21,013 nt of DNA from Candidatus Iainarchaeum sp. (GTDB lineage: Archaea; Iainarchaeota; Iainarchaeia; Iainarchaeales; GCA-2688035): assembly GCA_028713935.1 (NCBI GenBank), contig JAQTNI010000022.1, positions 1 to 21,013 on the forward strand. Reading direction: 5' to 3'. A model generated the notes under the pieces. The model made no database searches, was not told the origin of the DNA, and saw nothing but the letters and a program-made list of their open reading frames with translations. Below, in pieces: positions 6,602 to 14,342 of this stretch. The position numbers and the translations under genes were made by a program. Position 1 is the stretch's first letter. Each line of letters begins with the position of its first letter.

Positions 6602-7695
6602 AAATTGTGCATGTTTCCCATCATTTTGCACCCTGCACAGGCGGAATCGAAACAGTGGTAATGCAACTGTGCAGGCAGATGCAGCCGAGGCAAGAATGCA
6701 GAGTTGCCTGCCTCAACAAATGTCCTAAGGCAGGGCAAAAACTGCCTGCAAGAGAAACAATCAATGGCATTGAAGTAACAAGGGTTCCTTTCATTGATTT
6801 TGGCTTTTACAAGTTTGCGCCGGGCATAGCCAGAAAACTCGGCAATGCGGATATAATTCATGTTCACGGCCTGAATTTTTTTTCGGATTTTTTAGCAATA
6901 ACCGCTTTTCTGCACAGGAAGCCAATGGTTCTTTCAACGCACGGGGGGGTTTTTCACACAGGCAAAAAAAGCGTTTTCAAAAAAATTTATTTTTTCTGCT
7001 GGAACAGGCTTGCGCTCAGGGCGTTCAAAAAAATTGTTTGCGTGAGCAAAAACGATTTTGAATTGTTTTCAAAAATTGTTCCAATGGAAAAGCTTGCGCT
7101 TGTTGAAAATGGAATCGAAGTTGAAAAATTCTCAAAAATCCAGAAAGAGAAAAAAGAAAACAGCTTTATTTTTGTAGGAAGAATAAGCAGGAATAAGAGA
7201 ATTGACTTGCTGATAGATGCTTTTGCGGAATTGAAAGAAAAAGAATTTAAACTGCATATTGTTGGAATGGACTTTGACAATCTCACAAATGGATTGAAAG
7301 CAAGAGCGGAAGAAAAAGGAATTGGAAAAAAAGTTTTTTTTCACGGGGAAGTTCCGGAAAAGGAATTGCTGGAATTAATGGGCTCTTCGGAATTTTTTGT
7401 TTCTGCATCAGAATATGAGGGCTTTGGAATAACCGCGCTTGAGGCAATGGCTGCGGGCTGCATCCCGATTTTGAATAACATTGTTTCTTTCAGGGAGTTT
7501 ATAAGGGGGGAAAACGGTTTCATTGCGGATTTTGGAGAAAGCAAAGTGGCTTCTGAAAAAATAATTACTGCAATCAAAATGCAAAAAAAAGAAAAAAATG
7601 CAGTAATTGAAAGTTGCATTGAATTTGCAGGAAAATTTTCCTGGGAAAAAAAGGCATTGGAATACAAAAAGGTTTACCTGGAAGTGGCAAAATGA
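6598..7695 (+). CDS. GT4 (GT-B, RfaG-like) glycosyltransferase.
   Basis: The product is 365 aa with an ATGA overlap onto the upstream stop. The N-terminus is MKIVHVSHHFAPCTGGIETVV. The C-terminal donor-binding motif is ASEYEGFGITALEAMAAGCIPI (EX7E). Confidence 0.9.
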   Translation: MKIVHVSHHFAPCTGGIETVVMQLCRQMQPRQECRVACLNKCPKAGQKLPARETINGIEVTRVPFIDFGFYKFAPGIARKLGNADIIHVHGLNFFSDFLAITAFLHRKPMVLSTHGGVFHTGKKSVFKKIYFFCWNRLALRAFKKIVCVSKNDFELFSKIVPMEKLALVENGIEVEKFSKIQKEKKENSFIFVGRISRNKRIDLLIDAFAELKEKEFKLHIVGMDFDNLTNGLKARAEEKGIGKKVFFHGEVPEKELLELMGSSEFFVSASEYEGFGITALEAMAAGCIPILNNIVSFREFIRGENGFIADFGESKVASEKIITAIKMQKKEKNAVIESCIEFAGKFSWEKKALEYKKVYLEVAK

Positions 7696-8591
7696 AGCAG
7701 CCGATTGTTTCAATAATAATGCTGAACTGGAACGGGAAAGATTATACCAGGCAGTGCATTGAATCTGTTGCGGAAAACACTGCAAGGGAAAAATATGAAT
7801 TGATTGCTGTGGACAATGGAAGCACTGACGGGAGCATTGGAATGCTTGAGGAAATGAAGCGCAAAAGGCTTGTTGATGTTGTGATTTTGAATTCAGAAAA
7901 CAGGGGCTTTGCAGGGGCAAACAACCAGGGCTTAAAGATTGCAAACTGCAAATACCTGTTTTTATTGAACAATGACACTTTGCTGGAAAAAAACTGGCTT
8001 GAAAAAATGGTTCTGGCGGCTGAAAGCAGCGAAAAAATCGGGATTGTCGGGCCAGACCTTCCTTCGGGAAAGGAAAAGAATGAAAATTTTGGCGGAGGCT
8101 ATATTGATGACAAGGGAATTGCAAGGCATTCTTACAAAAATACTGACGGGCCAGCAGAACAGGTTGGGGGGGCTGCTTTTTTCATAAAGAGAAGTGTTTT
8201 TGAAAAAATCGGGTTTTTGGATGAAGGCTTTAACCCTATTTATTTTGAGGAAAGTGATTACTGTGCAAGGGCGAGAAAAGCGGGCTTTGAAGTTTTTTTC
8301 ACTCCAAAAGTCAGGATTGTGCATTTTGGCTCTGCAATAGTGAAAAAACAGGCTTGCAAATGGAGTTACATTACCTTAAACAAAAACAGGGCAAGGTATA
8401 TGCTGCTGCATTTTTCAAAAAGCAGGCTTGCAAAAGCCTTTTTCTGGGAATTGCTGAGGATTGCAAAAAGCATTGTTACTCTGAAAATTCACTGGCTTTT
8501 TGAAGCATACTGGATTGACCTGAAAAATTTTTCTGAAATAGTTGAAAAAAGAAAAAGATATTCAAAAGGAAATCTCGCAGTGGGAATATGA
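7692..8591 (+). CDS. Family 2 glycosyltransferase (soluble, WbbL/rhamnosyltransferase-like subfamily).
   Basis: The product is 299 aa with an ATGA overlap onto the upstream stop. Motifs seen: VSIIMLNWNGKDYTRQCIESV, VDNGSTDGS, NRGFAGANNQG, LLNNDT and GGAAFFIKRSVFEKIGFLDEGFNPIYFEESDYCARARKAGFEV. Confidence 0.9.
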   Translation: MKQPIVSIIMLNWNGKDYTRQCIESVAENTAREKYELIAVDNGSTDGSIGMLEEMKRKRLVDVVILNSENRGFAGANNQGLKIANCKYLFLLNNDTLLEKNWLEKMVLAAESSEKIGIVGPDLPSGKEKNENFGGGYIDDKGIARHSYKNTDGPAEQVGGAAFFIKRSVFEKIGFLDEGFNPIYFEESDYCARARKAGFEVFFTPKVRIVHFGSAIVKKQACKWSYITLNKNRARYMLLHFSKSRLAKAFFWELLRIAKSIVTLKIHWLFEAYWIDLKNFSEIVEKRKRYSKGNLAVGI

Positions 8592-9691
8592 AAAAAATAG
8601 CAATTGTTTTTGGGACAAGGCCTGAAATAATAAAATTGGCTGAAATAATCCTGCTTTTGAAAAAAGAGAAAAGTGTGCAGGCGCTTCTTGTTTTCACTGG
8701 CCAGCATTATGATTACGGCTTGTTCGGAGTTTTCATGAAAGAGCTTGATTTGCCTGAGCCGGACATTAATCTTGGAATTGGTTCAGGAACCCAGGCATAT
8801 CAAATTGGGACAATGCTGATGAAGCTTGAAGAATATTTCCAGAAAGAAAAGCCAGACATTGTCACTGCACTGGGAGACACAAATTCTGTTTTTGGCGCTG
8901 CTCTTGCAGCGGAAAAAGCGCAAATTCCATTTGCCCATATAGAGGCGGGAATCAGGAGCTTTGACAGGAGCATGCCTGAAGAAGTAAACAGGGTTCTCAC
9001 AGACCAGATTTCAAGCTACTGTTTTGCGCCAACAAAAACAGCAGTTGAAAACCTTCACAAAAGCGAAGCATTTAAGCATAGGATTTTCCTCACTGGAAAT
9101 CCAATAGTGGAAGTGGTTGAAAAAAATCTTGAGAGGGCGGGAAAATCACAAATTCTTGGACAGCTGAACCTTGAAAAAGAAAAATTTGTTGTCCTCACAA
9201 TGCACCGCGCTGAAAATGTTGACAGCAGGGAAAAGCTTGAAAACATTGCAATTGCGCTGCAGGCAATAAAATGGCCAGTTGTGTTCCCAATGCATCCGAG
9301 GACAAAGGCCAAGATTGCGGAATTTGGCTTGAAGGAAAAATTTGAATGCATAAAAAATTTGGTTGTTGCTGAGCCCCTTGGCTATTTTGATTTTTTGCAG
9401 TTGTGCGCAAACTCGCGCTATATCCTGTCTGATTCTGGGGGGATACAGGAAGAGGCGACTGTTTACAAAAAATTTGTAATTATTCTCAGGGAGAACACTG
9501 AAAGGCCTGAGATTCTGGGAAAATTCGGGGTTTTAACCGGCTTTAATGCCAAAAAAATAATTGCGGCAGCAGGCAAAATTGAAAAGGATTATCCTGCACT
9601 GAAAAAAAAATTGGAAAAAAGGAACTGCCCCTTTGGGGACGGAAATGCAAGCAGGAGAATTGTTGAAAAGATTGCGGGGGCGGTGCAATAA
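8588..9691 (+). CDS. wecB: UDP-N-acetylglucosamine 2-epimerase (WecB/MnaA family).
   Basis: The product is 367 aa with an ATGA overlap onto the upstream stop. Motifs seen: KKIAIVFGTRPEIIKLAEI, FAHIEAGIRSFDRSMPEEVNRVLTDQIS, LTMHRAENVD and LSDSGGIQEEA. Confidence 0.9.
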   Translation: MKKIAIVFGTRPEIIKLAEIILLLKKEKSVQALLVFTGQHYDYGLFGVFMKELDLPEPDINLGIGSGTQAYQIGTMLMKLEEYFQKEKPDIVTALGDTNSVFGAALAAEKAQIPFAHIEAGIRSFDRSMPEEVNRVLTDQISSYCFAPTKTAVENLHKSEAFKHRIFLTGNPIVEVVEKNLERAGKSQILGQLNLEKEKFVVLTMHRAENVDSREKLENIAIALQAIKWPVVFPMHPRTKAKIAEFGLKEKFECIKNLVVAEPLGYFDFLQLCANSRYILSDSGGIQEEATVYKKFVIILRENTERPEILGKFGVLTGFNAKKIIAAAGKIEKDYPALKKKLEKRNCPFGDGNASRRIVEKIAGAVQ

Positions 9692-10743
9692 AAGTCCTCT
9701 TTAATACTTCGCAGGGCGCCTTCAAAAGCCCGGGAGGCGGGGAAATCCAGCTCTTAAAAACAAAGCAGGGGCTTGAAAAGCTCGGCCTGGAAATAGAAAT
9801 TTTTAACGGAACGCAAAGAATTCCTGATTTTGATTTGCTGCACAATTTCAGCATTCACAGGGACACTTTTCCAGTTGTGCAAAAAGCATTCGAGGCAAAA
9901 GTGCCTGTTGCAATTTCAACAATTTATTGGCCTTCGCTCAAGCATTCCCTGTTATGGAACAGGGGCCTTGGGAAAAAAGCAAGGGCGCTTGCCGTAGAAT
10001 TAATTAACAGGCTGGATTTTTTCGGGTTTTCAAGCGTAAAAAAAACACTGAGGCGAGCAGATTTGCTTCTTCCGAATTCAGAAACAGAGAAAAAAATTGT
10101 TTTGGATTATTTTGGCGTGAAAAAAGAGAGAATAGTTCCTATTGTAAATGGCGTTGATGAAAGATTCAAAGATGCAAATTCAAAAGAATTTGAGCAAAAA
10201 TTCGGGCTCAAGAATTTTGTTTTATATGTGGGGAGAATTGAGGAAAGAAAAAATGTGCTCTCGCTCGTGCGTGCAATGAAGGATTCAAAGGAAAAACTTG
10301 TGATTATTGGCAATGCAAAATATGGCAGTGAAAAATATGCAGAAAAATGCAGGGAAGAAGCGGGAAAAAACACTGTTTTTTTGCCTGGGATTCCGCATGA
10401 GTCAGGCCTGCTTGAAAGCGCTTATGCAGCGTGCAGGGTTTTCGCATTGCCAAGCTGGTATGAAACTCCCGGGCTTGCAGCGCTTGAAGCCGGGCTTGCA
10501 GGCGCAAACATTGTGATTACACAGGAAGGCTGCACAAAAGAGTATTTTGGCGAGTTTGCGTCTTATGTGAATCCTGCGAGCGTAAAGGACATCAGGGAAA
10601 AAATTTTTTTTGAATTTGAAAAAGCGGGAAATAAAGGGCTGCAACAGCGCATAATGAAAAATTTTTTGTGGAAAAACACTGCCCTGCGGACTTTTGAGGC
10701 CTACAAAAAAATAGCAAAAACTGAAAAAAATAGAAGCGATTGA
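9688..10743 (+). CDS. GT4 glycosyltransferase whose conserved N-terminus lacks a canonical start codon. It is either ATA-initiated or a start-codon-mutated gene.
   Basis: The track ORF starts at a TTG at 9835. The same frame is open from 9667 and encodes (I)KVLFNTSQGAFKSPGGGEIQLLKTKQGLEKLGLEIEIFNG, a typical GT4 N-terminal beta1 strand and Gly-rich loop. No ATG, GTG or TTG occurs in frame between 9667 and 9835. ATA at 9688-9690 overlaps the wecB TAA as ATAA. The C-terminal part has ETPGLAALEAGLAGANIV (EX7E). Confidence 0.7.
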   Translation: MKVLFNTSQGAFKSPGGGEIQLLKTKQGLEKLGLEIEIFNGTQRIPDFDLLHNFSIHRDTFPVVQKAFEAKVPVAISTIYWPSLKHSLLWNRGLGKKARALAVELINRLDFFGFSSVKKTLRRADLLLPNSETEKKIVLDYFGVKKERIVPIVNGVDERFKDANSKEFEQKFGLKNFVLYVGRIEERKNVLSLVRAMKDSKEKLVIIGNAKYGSEKYAEKCREEAGKNTVFLPGIPHESGLLESAYAACRVFALPSWYETPGLAALEAGLAGANIVITQEGCTKEYFGEFASYVNPASVKDIREKIFFEFEKAGNKGLQQRIMKNFLWKNTALRTFEAYKKIAKTEKNRSD

Positions 10744-10870
10744 GTGGCGGATTGCATGGCAATGAAAAAATTGGCGGGAAACCAGCTTGGACTGCCTGAA
10801 AAGCACTGGCTTGAAAATGCAATCTTTGAATTATGCACCATAAATTCTTTTATATTTTTTATCCATAGAT

Positions 10871-10882
10871 TAATTAAATAAC
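10871..10882 (+). promoter_or_regulatory. TATA-like A/T box upstream of the NeuB-family gene.
   Basis: TTAATTAAATAA lies 24-35 nt upstream of the ATG at 10906. A second A/T box, TTTATATT, lies at about 10848-10855. The 162-nt intergenic gap follows the end of the long plus-strand operon. Confidence 0.3.
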
Positions 10883-10905
10883 AAAAAATCCAAACAGCGG
10901 TAAAA

Positions 10906-11970
10906 ATGAACGAAATAAGCATAGATGGCAGAAAAATAGGCGGAAAAAACAGGTGCTTTGTCATTGCCGAGGCGGGTTCCAATTTTAGGATATCGGCAAA
11001 CGAGAAAAAAAATTTTCGCCAGGCTTTGAGGCTGATTGACATTGCCGCGGAAGCCGGCGCTGATGCAGTCAAATTTCAGCTTTACAGGGCAAAAAAACTT
11101 TATGTTGCAGATGCCGGCAGAGCGGATTATTTGAAGCAAAAAAAACCAATTAATTCAATAATAAGGGAAATGGAGCTTCCTTTTGAATGGATCCCAAGGC
11201 TTGGAAAATATTGCAAAAAAAAAGGCATTGTCTTTCTCTGCACTCCTTTTGACACAGAGGCCGTTGACGAACTTGAGAAAGCGGGAATATCCGCTTACAA
11301 GGTCGGTTCGTATGCAATAAGCCATCTGCCCCTGATAAAATACATAGCGCGCAAGGCAAAACCGGTTATTCTTTCATGCGGGGCATCTGATTATGGGAAA
11401 ATAAAAAAAGCAATAGGCACAATAAAAAGCTCTGGAAACAGCAGGATAGTGCTGATGCAGTGCACAACAAAATACCCTACTCCGCTCTCGGCAATTAATC
11501 TCAGGAGCATCCCTTACCTAAGCAAAAAGTTCAGGGTCATTGCAGGATTGTCAGACCATTCACGGGAACCCCTGATCGCCCCCCTTGGAGCTGTCGCGCT
11601 TGGGGCAAAGGCAATTGAAAAGCATTTCACCACTGATAACTCACTGCCTGGGCCTGACCATAAATTTGCAGTTCTTCCAGATGAGTTAAAGGAAATGGTT
11701 TCGGGCATAAGAAAGCTTGAAGAAGCAATGGGAAAAACCGGCAAGCAAATTCTTGACGAGGAAAAAGAGCTTTTTAATTTCTGCGACCTCGGGATTTTTG
11801 CAATAAAAAAAATTCACTCCGGAGAGATTTTTTCGGAAGGAAATATTGCGGTGTTAAGGCCGGGAAAAAATAAAAAAGGCCTTGCACCGGAATTTTTTGA
11901 TGAAGTTATTGGAAAAAAAGCAAAAAAAAACATTGGAAAAAATCAGCCATTGAAAAGAACTGATTTCTGA
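10906..11970 (+). CDS. pseI: Nonulosonic acid synthase of the NeuB/PseI/LegI family (N-acetylneuraminate or pseudaminate synthase) with a C-terminal SAF domain.
   Basis: The product is 354 aa. Motifs seen: CFVIAEAGSNF, GADAVKFQ, GLSDHS, and a C-terminal SAF-like region IKKIHSGEIFSEGNIAVLRPG. The pse assignment over neu or leg is inferred only from the neighbouring PseB-like and PseH-like genes. Confidence 0.85.
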   Translation: MNEISIDGRKIGGKNRCFVIAEAGSNFRISANEKKNFRQALRLIDIAAEAGADAVKFQLYRAKKLYVADAGRADYLKQKKPINSIIREMELPFEWIPRLGKYCKKKGIVFLCTPFDTEAVDELEKAGISAYKVGSYAISHLPLIKYIARKAKPVILSCGASDYGKIKKAIGTIKSSGNSRIVLMQCTTKYPTPLSAINLRSIPYLSKKFRVIAGLSDHSREPLIAPLGAVALGAKAIEKHFTTDNSLPGPDHKFAVLPDELKEMVSGIRKLEEAMGKTGKQILDEEKELFNFCDLGIFAIKKIHSGEIFSEGNIAVLRPGKNKKGLAPEFFDEVIGKKAKKNIGKNQPLKRTDF

Positions 11971-11983
11971 CAATAATTGGGCA

Positions 11984-13147
11984 TTAAACTTTTTCAAGGA
12001 CAATTTTCTGGATACTGAAACCGAGTTTTTTGAAAAGCCCAAGTGACTCCTTATTTTCCGGTTTTATTTCAGCAAAGCACCCATTAAGGTCGAGCTTTTT
12101 CAGGCTGTTGAAAGCAATGCCTCTGCCGCGGTATTTTTTTTCAAGCGCTATTGAAACCAATTTTTTGTCAATGCGGATCAAGCCGACAGGGCTGCTGCCT
12201 AAAATAATGGCAAAAGCGGCAAATTTTCCAGACCTAAGCTTTCTTTTCCAGTATCTTTTGTTCTGTTCTTCAGTTATTTTTTTGGGGGAAAAAGAATTGC
12301 GCCTTATGCCCGGGTCATTCATGAGGCATGCAATCCACTTGAGATCGCCATTGTTCACGCGCCTTAGGCCCGGGGCGCACTTTGCATTGGCAAAACCCTG
12401 CCTGACTTTTTTTGTATTTTGCCTGTATTTTTCCTCTTCTTCAGCACTCTGAAGCAGCAAAGCAGGGTTCTCATCAAGAAACTGTATTGCCCTTGAAACC
12501 GAAACAAAAAAACCGAATTTGGAAAAAATTTTTTTAATCAGTTCAAAATCAGTTATTGTATCAACACAAAATCTCAGTTCAGGCCTGAAAAGCCTTCCCC
12601 TGGCGGAAAAAGAACCGAGCCTAAAGCCGCTTTTTTTTCCATACATAAAATGGGTCACATGCTCCCTGTCAAAGCTGTCTTCCGCTTTTTCAAAGGCTTT
12701 CCTGAGCGCATTAAAAGAAAAAACCTCCACATCAAGGCCCCTGGGAAAACTCCGTTCTGTAATGTTGCTGGCATAATCATAATTCCCTTTATCAAAAAGT
12801 TTTACTGCCTCATCGACAGTCTTCGGGTCTATAAGCGGGCAGTCGGCTGTTATTCTTACAACAGTGCCAAGATTGAACAATTTTGCGCATTCAAAAAAAC
12901 GCCCGAGGACATCCTGCTCGGAACCAGCGAAAAATTTTATTTTATTTTTTTTGCAGTATCCTATTATTGCCCTGTCTTTTTTATTCTCTGTGGTTGCAAC
13001 AATTATTGTCCTGACGGCCCTGCATTTTTGAAGGCGCTTTACCACAATGCCCAGGACAGGGACCCCTTTTATTTTCATCAGTGATTTGCCCGGCAATCTG
13101 CTTGAACCCATTCTTGCCTGAATAATTATGCCCGCAGAATTTTTCAT
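11984..13147 (-). CDS. Fusion of an acylneuraminate-type cytidylyltransferase (SpsF/PseF-like, CTP_transf_3) with a C-terminal GNAT N-acetyltransferase (PseH-like).
   Basis: The product is 387 aa. The N-terminus GIIIQARMGSSRLPGKSLMKIKGVPVL...VRITADCPLIDP...FPRGLDVEVF is the SpsF/CMP-sugar synthetase pattern. From about residue 250, LRRVNNGDLKWIACLMNDPGIRRNSF...EEQNKRYW...YRGRGIA...NKESLGLFKKLGF is a GNAT fold of the PseH type. Confidence 0.8.
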   Translation of the reverse strand: MKNSAGIIIQARMGSSRLPGKSLMKIKGVPVLGIVVKRLQKCRAVRTIIVATTENKKDRAIIGYCKKNKIKFFAGSEQDVLGRFFECAKLFNLGTVVRITADCPLIDPKTVDEAVKLFDKGNYDYASNITERSFPRGLDVEVFSFNALRKAFEKAEDSFDREHVTHFMYGKKSGFRLGSFSARGRLFRPELRFCVDTITDFELIKKIFSKFGFFVSVSRAIQFLDENPALLLQSAEEEEKYRQNTKKVRQGFANAKCAPGLRRVNNGDLKWIACLMNDPGIRRNSFSPKKITEEQNKRYWKRKLRSGKFAAFAIILGSSPVGLIRIDKKLVSIALEKKYRGRGIAFNSLKKLDLNGCFAEIKPENKESLGLFKKLGFSIQKIVLEKV

Positions 13148-13185
13148 TTAAACCAGCCAATCCGAAGAATGTTTTCAAAGCGCGG

Positions 13186-14193
13186 CTATCCGCCAATTAT
13201 CTTCAAATCCAGAAGCATTTTTTCCAGTTCGCCTGGATTTACAAGGGAATCCTTGCTGCAGTAGGATGAAAAATCAACCTTCTTCTTTTCCTTTAAATAG
13301 GCATACTTGACATTTTGGTAACAATCAATCTGGCTTAATACTGCAAAAGCGCTTCCGAGGTCATATGCCCTTGTGCATTCATCCTCATTCATGAGAATCT
13401 CGTGGATCTTTTCTCCGGGCCTTATGCCTGTTTCCTTGACTCCGGCCCTGGAAGAATAATGCTTCTTAAGGACGCCAATGAGGTCCACAACCTTAAGGCT
13501 TTTAAGTTTTGGAACAAAAATTTCCCCGCCAACACCGTGCTTCAGGGCCATAAAAATCAGGCCTACCGCCTGTTTTGGGGTTATAATAAAGCGCGTCATC
13601 CTGTCATCAGTCAGAGGAATTTGCTCGCATTTTTTTATTTTTTCCACAAAATAAGGAATAACACTGCCTGTGCTTTCAAGCACATTGCCATATCTCACGC
13701 TGATAAAGGAGGTTTTTGATTTTCCCTTGCTGTAATTGCTCTCAATAAAAATTTTTTCGCCGAGCATTTTTGTCGCCCCATAACTGTTAATAGGGCTGCA
13801 TGCCTTGTCAGTTGAAACAAAAACTGCCTTTTCAACATTGTTCTTGAGGCAGGCATTCACAACATTCATTGTGCCCATAACATTTGTCTTTACTGCCTCC
13901 ATTACATTGTATTCAATAAGGTCAATCCTTTTCATTGCCGCAGCGTGAATTACAATATTGGCATCCTTCATTGCCCTTTCAAGCCGTTCATAATCCCTTA
14001 CGTCACCGACAAGGCACCTTATTCTTGCGTCGTTATTGAATTCTTCCTGAATCCTGTGGTGCTTGACTTCGTCCCTGCTGAAAACCCGTATGCTGTGGAC
14101 GCCCAGCGGAAGAAGCTCGCCCACAAGGCTTCTGCCAAGAAACCCTGTCCCGCCCGTAATCAGCACTGTTTTGCCCTTAAAAAAATCCTTCAT
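13186..14193 (-). CDS. pseB: UDP-N-acetylglucosamine 4,6-dehydratase, PseB/FlaA1/CapD (Polysacc_synt_2) family.
   Basis: The product is 335 aa. Motifs seen: FKGKTVLITGGTGFLGRSLV, VFSRDEVKH, VGDVRDYERL, YGATKMLGEK (YxxxK) and RYGNVLESTGSVIPYF. Confidence 0.85.
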   Translation of the reverse strand: MKDFFKGKTVLITGGTGFLGRSLVGELLPLGVHSIRVFSRDEVKHHRIQEEFNNDARIRCLVGDVRDYERLERAMKDANIVIHAAAMKRIDLIEYNVMEAVKTNVMGTMNVVNACLKNNVEKAVFVSTDKACSPINSYGATKMLGEKIFIESNYSKGKSKTSFISVRYGNVLESTGSVIPYFVEKIKKCEQIPLTDDRMTRFIITPKQAVGLIFMALKHGVGGEIFVPKLKSLKVVDLIGVLKKHYSSRAGVKETGIRPGEKIHEILMNEDECTRAYDLGSAFAVLSQIDCYQNVKYAYLKEKKKVDFSSYCSKDSLVNPGELEKMLLDLKIIGG

Positions 14194-14321
14194 TCAAATC
14201 AGCTTCAAATATAAAAAAGGTTAATTCTATTTAAATATTAAGAATTGTTAAAAACTTTTAAAATGCGCTGGTACAAGCCTCGAATGCCCTTTGAGGGAAT
14301 CTTTTTTAAAGGACTTTAAAG

Positions 14322-14336
14322 CCAGAATAATTCTGG
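14322..14336. promoter_or_regulatory. 15-bp palindrome directly upstream of the 569-aa gene.
   Basis: CCAGAATAATTCTGG has 7-bp perfect arms and a 1-nt centre. It ends 6 nt before the ATG at 14343 and lies within the 149-nt divergent intergenic region shared with pseB. Confidence 0.35.
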
Positions 14337-14342
14337 TAATTC

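Noticed and set aside
9835-10743. The TTG at 9835 as the true start of the last GT4 gene, as given in the ORF track.
   Set aside because: The 48 in-frame codons upstream encode a typical GT4 N-terminus (KVLFNTSQ...GGGE). They begin exactly at the stop-overlap position used by the other genes of the operon. A start at 9835 would truncate the N-terminal Rossmann domain. The gene is reported instead as 9688-10743 with a non-canonical or mutated start.
10756-10875. A 39-codon ORF (MAMKKLAGNQLGLPEKHWLENAIFELCTINSFIFFIHRLIK) in the gap between GT4 and neuB.
   Set aside because: It has no ribosome-binding site and no recognisable motif. Its 3' third is simply the A/T-rich putative promoter region of the NeuB-family gene. 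It is too short to support without comparative or expression evidence.
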